Made by a program: the position numbers and the translations under genes
From: a virus
Taxonomy: Duplodnaviria; Caudoviricetes
Length of the DNA stretch: 64,000 bases
Strand: one strand, 5' to 3'
IMG/VR virus record: IMGVR_UViG_3300029288_000071
Location: 64,001-128,000 of that record
In this document: positions 56,717 through 64,000 of the stretch, in pieces
Numbering within the stretch: the first letter of the stretch is position 1
Layout of the letters: every line of letters starts with the position of its first letter
The notes under the pieces: generated by a model
Told to the model about the DNA's origin: nothing
The model's input: only the letters and a program-made list of their open reading frames with translations
The model's database searches: none

Positions 56717-56753
56717 AAAAGTTCTCTAAATTATCCGTAAAAGTTCTCTAAAT
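56710..56753. repeat. Perfect 22-bp tandem duplication
   Basis: tatccgtaaaagttctctaaat x2. Confidence 0.9.
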
Positions 56754-57581
56754 GGGCTGGCATTTATTACACCAGTAAGTTGTTCTTCCGTTTTGAGGTC
56801 CTTTTGAAACTATAGATTTGCACAATCTACATATTTTTTGTCCATAAATCATATGAACAGTTTTTCCTTTTTCTCCATTAGTATCTTTATAAGTTCTAAT
56901 GGTGGAACCTCCATAAGTATATGCATTTTTGATAACTTCTGAAATTGATTCAGAAAGATTTTGTAAATTTTCTGCTGTTAAGTTTTTAATCTTCTTAAAT
57001 GGATTAATCCCAGCTAAAAAACATATCTCACTTGCATAAATATTTCCAATTCCAGCAATAAAATTTTGATCCATTAATAGAGGTTTTATTCCTATCTCTT
57101 TATTCTTTTCTAATTGAATTTTTTGATAAAGCCACTCACTTGTAATATTTTCAGTTAATGCATCTAATCCATAATTGCTAAATTTTGCTTGTAACTTTTC
57201 ATTTTTGAAAAAATCTTCTTGAGTATAAATTTCAATTCTTCCCCATTTTCTTGGATCAATAAAGTCTATAACTCCATTTTCAAATCTAAGAGACATTCTT
57301 GTATGAGTTGGAGCTAATGTAGATTTTAATCTATTTATCCAACTACCTGACATTGATAAATGACTTGTTAAATAAAAAGTTCCGATAGATGATGTAAATT
57401 GAAAAATAATATATTTAGCTTTTCTAGAAACTTGATCTAGAACTGAATTTGTCATTAAATCTAAAAGCTTCTTTTTTGTTTTCCATTTGAAATCATGAAT
57501 CTCACTATCAATTAAAATCTTACCTTTGTATTTATCATTGAATTGATCAACTATTCTCTGAACTTCCGGACTTTCGGGCAT
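56748..57581 (-). CDS. mutM: Fpg/Nei DNA glycosylase
   Basis: MPESPEV, HLSMSG, DPRKWG, GIGNIYASE, C4 Zn finger. Confidence 0.9.
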   Translation of the reverse strand: MPESPEVQRIVDQFNDKYKGKILIDSEIHDFKWKTKKKLLDLMTNSVLDQVSRKAKYIIFQFTSSIGTFYLTSHLSMSGSWINRLKSTLAPTHTRMSLRFENGVIDFIDPRKWGRIEIYTQEDFFKNEKLQAKFSNYGLDALTENITSEWLYQKIQLEKNKEIGIKPLLMDQNFIAGIGNIYASEICFLAGINPFKKIKNLTAENLQNLSESISEVIKNAYTYGGSTIRTYKDTNGEKGKTVHMIYGQKICRLCKSIVSKGPQNGRTTYWCNKCQPI

Positions 57582-58711
57582 TTTCAGTTTCCTTCAATTT
57601 ATTTTCTTCTCTCTTCTGTGCTTCTTCAGCAAGAGTTTTTATCATTTCAGCATTTCGTTGTTTTGTAACACGTTTAATTTTTCTTTTTTCTTTTTCAAGT
57701 TCAATAATTTTATGATCATGAATCAATTTAATTTTTAAATCTTTATGAATAATTTCAGCTGGAGCTATAGCTACAGCATCTAAATAAAAAGTTTGACTAG
57801 GTCCATCTTCAATAGATTGTAACATAATTTGCTCTTTTTCCCAATCTATTTTAGAAGCATAATAAAATTCTAAAAAACCTCTTGATATATCACCAGCATA
57901 ACAAAATGCCGTTCTAATTTCATTTTTTTCTAAAGAAGTAGTAATATTTATTTGATATTCTTTAGGAAGATTTTCAAATATTGCATATGTAAACCATTTA
58001 TGTCTTTCACCCGGTTTAAGTATCTTTAAACATTTTTGAAGAATTTCTTTATATTTCTTCCTATTCATTACTACTAACTTCTTTCACTAAATCTATCAAG
58101 TTATCAAACCATAAGTTTGCTTTTTCCCAATCTATTTCTTCATTTGTAGCAGGATCAATAAAATCAACGCGATACACACGATATTGTGTATCATTCCAAA
58201 ATCCAATAAATGATACATTCCCAGAAGGGTATTTTTCTATTGTTAATTTTTTAATTTTTTCTAGAAGTTGGTTTGACTTGCTATTACTAACATTACTTAT
58301 GAATTGTAATTTTAGTTTTTGAGGCTCAGTTAAAACATTTTGTAATTTTGAGCCACCAATTTTTGACCAAATTTCAAATAAATTAATTATTTTTTTCTGG
58401 TGTATCATTTACATAATCTACAGTATATTTGTAACCTGCGGAAGTTTTTTCAAAGTGAATTTTATAAGAATCTATAAATTTTTTAGTATCTTTATTATCT
58501 TCTAACCAACAAACATAACCTGCTTCTAAATTTTCTCTTGAACTCATTATAGAATTTATAATAAAGCATTTTTGAACATTTTCATTTTTAAGTAAATCAT
58601 CACCTGTCAATTTTTCATCTACTAATTTTCTATTTTCAGTATAAATAAGAGCAAGTTGTTCTATAAATTCTTCTAATTTCTTGTCTAGTTCTTCAGACAT
58701 ATTTTCTTTCT

Positions 58712-58850
58712 AAAAAAATCAGGTCAAACAAAATAATGTCAAATTCTCGATGATTTTTGAAAGGGAGACTTTTTTCGTCATCTTGACTAAGATTTGCTTG
58801 ACCTGAATGACCTCCGATGAGTAGTTTTTACTCATTTGTGGATGTTATAA
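58712..58850 (-). ncRNA. Intergenic structured RNA candidate ending in a T run
   Basis: TCAGGTCAAGCAAA/TTTGTTTGACCTGA, GTCAA/TTGAC, GATGA/TCATC; ATATTTAT upstream. Confidence 0.45.
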
Positions 58851-58871
58851 TATAAATATAATTTTATCTAA

Positions 58872-59489
58872 TTAAAAATCATTTTTTGCAATAATTTCTC
58901 CAACTGAAGCATATACTAACTTAACATATTTATCATTAACTTTTTTCATTTTTGACCCTTTGATGTCAATTGTCCCATTATGAGATGAAATAGCATAATC
59001 ATATCTCCCATACTTAACAAGAGAATTTTTTAATAACTGTGCAGCAATATGTGCATTATAAGCTGGAGTTAACAATTTCTCTTCAGTGACTTTAGGATCT
59101 ATTCTCATAGCAGTTTCAAATTGAATCATAAATAAGCCATAGGACCATTTTTTATTACTGTCCATTATTTTTCTATGAGCATATTTAAACTTAGCACTTT
59201 CATGCCAAGACATTCCACAGAAAATTGCTGGCTTAAGTCCATTAACTTTAGCTGTATCTATTAACATTTTCATGATTTCTTGTTCTTTAATTTTGTAAAA
59301 AACTGAATCTGTCATGTCAATAAAGTCTTTAGGACTAAATGCTACTGATTGACTTTGGATTGGAAGTAATGTCTCTGCTTGTGCTGATGTTGGTTTTACA
59401 CTATCAAATACTTCCAAAATTCTACAACTTGAGATTCCTGCTAAAGTTGTAAGGATTAGTAAAACAACTACTAAGGTTTTTATTTTCAT
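58872..59489 (-). CDS. SLT-family lytic transglycosylase
   Basis: HES, SYGLFMI, SSHNG; N-terminal signal peptide. Confidence 0.75.
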   Translation of the reverse strand: MKIKTLVVVLLILTTLAGISSCRILEVFDSVKPTSAQAETLLPIQSQSVAFSPKDFIDMTDSVFYKIKEQEIMKMLIDTAKVNGLKPAIFCGMSWHESAKFKYAHRKIMDSNKKWSYGLFMIQFETAMRIDPKVTEEKLLTPAYNAHIAAQLLKNSLVKYGRYDYAISSHNGTIDIKGSKMKKVNDKYVKLVYASVGEIIAKNDF

Positions 59490-59513
59490 TGAGTTCCTCT
59501 GATGAATGAATAT

Positions 59514-60053
59514 TTAGTTTCCACAACACTTCTTGAACTTCTTTCCTGAACCACAAGGACAAGGATCATTTCTACCAACTTTAATCTGTTTTGTTTCTTT
59601 GTAAATTTTATCAGTTATCAATATTCCGTTAAGATGATCAAATTCGTGTTGAAAAATAACTGCTTCTTCGTCTACGAGGACAAATTTTTGCCTATTTGTT
59701 ATAGAAGCTTGTGTAGAAACTGTTATTTGTTTTGCTCTTTTTACTTTTACTTCTTTATTTGGAATTGATAAACAGCCTTCTTCTGATATTATCTCTTCTT
59801 TTTCATATTCTTCTATTTGTGGATTGATCCATTTAATAAATTCATATTCTTCTATTTGTGGATTTTGCCATTCAGATTTGTTTTTCTTAAATTTAGTTAT
59901 AAAAATTCTAACAGGTAGCCCAATTTGAACTGCTGCTAAACCAGAACCCATTTCCGGAATTTCTTTAAGAAGCAAATCTACTACTTGCTGACTTTCTTCA
60001 AAAGGTATTTCATTACTTACTATCTTAAGTTTTTTCTGGTCTATAATAATCAT
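59514..60053 (-). CDS. def: Peptide deformylase with SEC-C tail
   Basis: [22 protein letters not shown]; [18 protein letters not shown]. Confidence 0.95.
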   Translation of the reverse strand: MIIIDQKKLKIVSNEIPFEESQQVVDLLLKEIPEMGSGLAAVQIGLPVRIFITKFKKNKSEWQNPQIEEYEFIKWINPQIEEYEKEEIISEEGCLSIPNKEVKVKRAKQITVSTQASITNRQKFVLVDEEAVIFQHEFDHLNGILITDKIYKETKQIKVGRNDPCPCGSGKKFKKCCGN

Positions 60054-60064
60054 TGATTGAAATA

Positions 60065-60093
60065 AATATAAATAAAGAATGATTAAGAGTAAA
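60065..60093 (-). promoter_or_regulatory. Promoter TTTACT-N17-TATATT
   Basis: Matches the consensus; 11-bp inverted repeat at 60103-60139 upstream. Confidence 0.7.
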
Positions 60094-60591
60094 CGTTATT
60101 TCACTGTTAAGTAAATCTAATACTTAACTACTTAACAGTAAATACATGACAAAACTAAAAATGAATAGTTTGATCAGCAATTTTTATCAATTGCCATTCA
60201 GGGATAATCCATCCTCTGCCTCCATTTGGAGAAGATTTTATTAAGAAACTTCCACTGCCCAAAATGTTTTGTAATTTTTTAGTTTCTATTACATAAAGAA
60301 TTTCTGGCATGTCTAAAGTTTTGGGTTTATTAGTTACCCACCATTTACACTGATTTTTACAATTATCCAGTTTATCTATTTCAATCCAAGCATTCCCTGT
60401 TTGTAACATTCTATAGTCAGTATATAATTGAAGAAATTCTCCTTCTGCATTAGCAAAATCAATTAAAGATCCTTTATGCTGTTTTTTAACAACTGACCAA
60501 TTTGTTTTCTTTTCTATATTTTGTAATAGTTGATTTTCAGTGTCTATTTTTTCCTGAAATGATTTTGCTTGATAGTCTTCTGATAATGAAG

Positions 60592-61638
60592 TCATAAATT
60601 TTTTAACCTTGCGTTAATTCGATATTGTGAAATATTCGTTGCATTCATGTAAGACATTGAACTTTGTAATCCTGTCTTGAATCTTTTTATAACCTTAGCA
60701 ACAGAATCATCAACATAAGGAACTAACGTTTCATTACCTTCATTAAAATCTGGTTTTTCATTGCTAAATTCTTGTTGTACACTAAATGATGCTGCACCTC
60801 TATAAGTCTTATACTTTGAACCATCTTCTAACTTAAGAACATTTCCTGGAGTTTCTTTATATCCTGCAAATATTTTTCCTGCCATTACTAAATCAGCACC
60901 AGCAACTAAAGCTTTACACATATCAGATGGAGTTCTAATTCCTCCATCAGCAATTATTAGAGTATTTTTTTGAACAGACTTACATTCTAATACAGATTCA
61001 AGAGTAGGCATATACACACCCGTTTCAGTTTTTGTAGAACAAACTGAGCCGCCACCTATGCCTACTCGGATAGCATCTACTCCTAAATTCTGTAAAAATT
61101 CAAATCCTTCTTTTGTAGCTACATTCCCAGCAATAAGATATACTTTACCTGTATAATTTATAGGCTCTGTTTCTCCAATACGTAAATTTGTTATTGCTAA
61201 TGAATCTTCATATAAACTTACGCATTTCCTTATCCATTTAATCGCTTCTTCAATTTGTTTATTTGCTCCATTAGCTGTATCTAGACAAAAAATTCTGCAA
61301 CCCGCAACAAATAATTCTTTAAATCTTTCTTTATAGTCTCCCGTAATTCCTATAGCACAAGCTATAGTTTTTAGTTCTACTCCTAAATGCGCCGTATTGT
61401 TTGTATAGTACTCTTTTCTTTGTTCTTCAATAGATTGAAATCTATGAATGATTCCCAGAGCACCAATTCCTGCTAATCTATAAGACATTTCTCCATTACA
61501 TACATCGGGCATAGGAGAAGCTATAATCGGAACATCTAATTTTGTTCCGAAACAATTTATTGATGTGTCACAATCTTTTCTGTGTTTTATTTCTGAGATA
61601 ACTCTTGGTATTAATGTTGTATTATTGAATGTTTTCAT
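60592..61638 (-). CDS. IMP dehydrogenase/GMP reductase family, no CBS domains
   Basis: IAGNV, VGIGGGSVCST, IIADGGI, YRGAAS. Confidence 0.9.
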   Translation of the reverse strand: MKTFNNTTLIPRVISEIKHRKDCDTSINCFGTKLDVPIIASPMPDVCNGEMSYRLAGIGALGIIHRFQSIEEQRKEYYTNNTAHLGVELKTIACAIGITGDYKERFKELFVAGCRIFCLDTANGANKQIEEAIKWIRKCVSLYEDSLAITNLRIGETEPINYTGKVYLIAGNVATKEGFEFLQNLGVDAIRVGIGGGSVCSTKTETGVYMPTLESVLECKSVQKNTLIIADGGIRTPSDMCKALVAGADLVMAGKIFAGYKETPGNVLKLEDGSKYKTYRGAASFSVQQEFSNEKPDFNEGNETLVPYVDDSVAKVIKRFKTGLQSSMSYMNATNISQYRINARLKNL

Positions 61639-61903
61639 ATCCTATATTTTTCATTAAAAATTTAATTTTATCAAAATTAGATTTTTTATAACTTTTTAAA
61701 CTTTTGATATCATTGAGTGATACATCAAAAGGTACTCCATCATGTTCAATATTACCATCTGAAATACCTATCAATGTTACTTTGTTTTCTTTATATCTAG
61801 CAATAACAAAATTGTGCCAATCATCTTCAGGATTTACCCAATAAATTTTAACTGGATTGCCGATATTGTTTTCTATGATTCTATCAATCTGTTTTAATTC
61901 CAT
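61622..61903 (-). CDS. Small Sm/SH3-like protein with LMKNIGY module
   Basis: DKIKFLMKNIGY. Confidence 0.55.
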   Translation of the reverse strand: MELKQIDRIIENNIGNPVKIYWVNPEDDWHNFVIARYKENKVTLIGISDGNIEHDGVPFDVSLNDIKSLKSYKKSNFDKIKFLMKNIGYENIQ

Positions 61904-62423
61904 CTATTTCATCACCCCACACATCCCAGTTTTTTGTTTTTTGTCTTGCAAATAATTCAATTTTATTGGATTTTGGGTACATTGCTTCTATTCTTTTTCT
62001 AATTTCATTTGGTTTTTTACTATGTTTACTAACTGATTCAGCAAAAAATTGTTTTTGTCCTGGATTTCTAACTCTATCTTTAGGAATTTTCCCTTTTTTA
62101 AATAATAGACACAATTCACATCCAGACATTGTATAATTTCCTACATTTGCTCTATTTTTGTACCAAACAAATGCTACAGTGATATATTTGAACCCCCAAG
62201 ACTTACCAATTTCAATACATTGATCTAAAGCAGCAGAAACTACCCATAAAAAAAGTAAACATGACTTTTCATCACTTATTTTATCAATTAAAGTTTCTTT
62301 TAAAGCTTTAATTTCTTCAAAAGACATAACTTTGTAATAATTTGAAGCAGGAGACCATTTTGAACCACCAGTATTCCCATATTTCCATGGAGGATCAGCA
62401 TAAATGATTTGATATTTTTTCAT
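61884..62423 (-). CDS. MT-A70 family adenine methyltransferase
   Basis: IIYADPPW, LFLW, HSKKP, IELFAR, WGDE. Confidence 0.9.
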   Translation of the reverse strand: MKKYQIIYADPPWKYGNTGGSKWSPASNYYKVMSFEEIKALKETLIDKISDEKSCLLFLWVVSAALDQCIEIGKSWGFKYITVAFVWYKNRANVGNYTMSGCELCLLFKKGKIPKDRVRNPGQKQFFAESVSKHSKKPNEIRKRIEAMYPKSNKIELFARQKTKNWDVWGDEIDGIKTD

Positions 62424-62973
62424 TTATACAATAATTGTTGAAGTTGATCCATTATTTCTTTATTTTCAACAGGAACTCTACCAATTAATACTATTTTGTT
62501 CCAGAATCCACCATTCCCACCAACATAATGAGTATTAGTGTAAGAAGTTATGGTTTTAAGTAAATTAAATGGTACAATAGTGATTTCTTCATTATTATAA
62601 TCCATTTTTATTTTAAAAATTATTCCAATTTCTACTTTAACATTCCCTCTAATTGGATGAATGACATCTTCTTGAGCTATATCTTTTTCCATTGATTTTA
62701 TCTTATCTTTGAATCTTTCAATCCAATGATAAACATCATATAGAGCAGCTTTATATTCATAGATGACTAGTGTATTGTTCATTTTTTATGTCCTCTAATT
62801 TAATTTCCATCTTCTTCAGCCGTTATATATATTTTTAGTTCATCTTTGACGTTATTTTCTTCCATAAATTTTGCTATTGCTTCTTCTTTTGTTTCAGCTT
62901 TTATATACGCATAAACTTGAAATACTACTTCCCAATTTTTTTCCATTTCATTCTCCTTATGGTGTAGTAACAT

Positions 62974-63948
62974 TTATTCAAACCTTTTCTTTTCTATGTC
63001 AGGAAGACTTTCATAAGTATCAAAATAGGGCCATGTTTCAGGTCTGGGTAAATAACAACCTGTTTGTTCTCCTATTGTAGTAAAATCTGCACCTGCTTGG
63101 TTAAATTTAACATTTTGTTCTACTTTTGGTAGTGGCCATCTTGGATTTTTTGAATTAGCTGCAAATAAAAGTCCTAAAATATCAGGCATTGAATTTACTT
63201 TAATTAATAAAGATTTTTTAGCTAAATCTTCTGCTGGTTTAAGATATACAGCTAATAATGGAAATTTTTCCCAAACTTTAAACCACATAACTACTGTAGA
63301 ACCAACAGTGTCTTCTTGTTCTGTTTCTATAAGACGTCTAGCACAAACTCCTTTAAGTGACTGATAATTTATATCCCAACCAATAGAATATCCTATGTTC
63401 ATAGGAAGAATAGATCTTGCTGATTGCCAATTTTCTTGACCTGTCTGTAACATATTACAATATAGTTCTTTAGTCCATTCAATATGATCTTTAAAAAGCT
63501 TAAATGATTCTTCATTATTAGCTATGCTTGTTGGAACAATTACTGGCCATTCTGCTGCTGAACTATCTCTAACACCTCTTGCAGCAAAAACTGAACCAAG
63601 TCTTGTTCTCATATGTTGGTCTGCAGCAGCTCTTGAAATTCCTGAAATCATAAATGTAAATTTTGGAATTTCTAAAGCTAAAGGCAGTGTTCTACCTTCT
63701 AAAACTTCTTTTGTTACTACAAATCTTGCTTCAGGTGATAGCTTTTTCCATTTATCAGTGTCATGAATGTCATTTCCCCAAGTTTGTAGAGCAAAATTTA
63801 CCATTGCTCTATATGGATTTTCAACACATGAAACTATTTGAACTTTTATTTGAGAACACCCAACTATAAATTCTGTTTTTGGTTCAGTTGCAGGATTATC
63901 CCAATCAACTACTTTTTTTATTTCTTGTTTAATTGATTCTTTAATCAT
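62974..63948 (-). CDS. Divergent ThyX-like flavin-dependent thymidylate synthase
   Basis: ALE...FTF.I.GISR....Q..R.R; ARSILP; IN..SL.....RR. Confidence 0.7.
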   Translation of the reverse strand: MIKESIKQEIKKVVDWDNPATEPKTEFIVGCSQIKVQIVSCVENPYRAMVNFALQTWGNDIHDTDKWKKLSPEARFVVTKEVLEGRTLPLALEIPKFTFMISGISRAAADQHMRTRLGSVFAARGVRDSSAAEWPVIVPTSIANNEESFKLFKDHIEWTKELYCNMLQTGQENWQSARSILPMNIGYSIGWDINYQSLKGVCARRLIETEQEDTVGSTVVMWFKVWEKFPLLAVYLKPAEDLAKKSLLIKVNSMPDILGLLFAANSKNPRWPLPKVEQNVKFNQAGADFTTIGEQTGCYLPRPETWPYFDTYESLPDIEKKRFE

Positions 63949-64000
63949 AAATTTATCCTTTTATTACTTTTATATTTGCAAAACTTCTTGTAGAATATCC

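Noticed and set aside
554-63869. All plus-strand ORFs in the track
   Set aside because: They lie antisense to convincing minus-strand genes or tRNAs and show no motifs
1-64000. Stop-codon reassignment
   Set aside because: Core genes are full length and densely packed in standard code

Overview
A 64-kb, very AT-rich segment of a large T4-like (jumbo/huge) phage genome, with essentially all genes on the minus strand in standard code. Positions 1-16.3 kb hold an RNA island: about 32 assignable tRNAs plus several structurally odd tRNA-like genes, a tmRNA and several unannotated structured RNAs, interleaved with small ORFs. Positions 17-44 kb hold TopIB, bS21, virion proteins, probable internal head polyproteins, portal, large terminase and prohead protease. 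Positions 44-64 kb hold an AAA-M41 protease, an SbcD-SbcC fusion, primase, RuvC, amidase, Fpg, SLT, PDF, IMPDH/GMPR, MT-A70 and a ThyX-like enzyme. Three signals stand out. (1) A shared peptide module, I-x-x-L-M-x-K-[MI]-G-Y, sits on at least 16 unrelated small proteins, including mini-copies of the portal clip and the terminase ATPase (possible decoys). (2) A four-copy covarying ncRNA family, one copy with a YrlA-like permuted tRNA module, is co-transcribed with a helical/TerD-like protein. (3) Some tRNAs are topologically rearranged, and the layout resembles tRNA punctuation that would give leaderless and non-stop mRNAs. All RNA folds and coordinates were derived by eye and may be off by 1-2 nt. 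No database searches were run.
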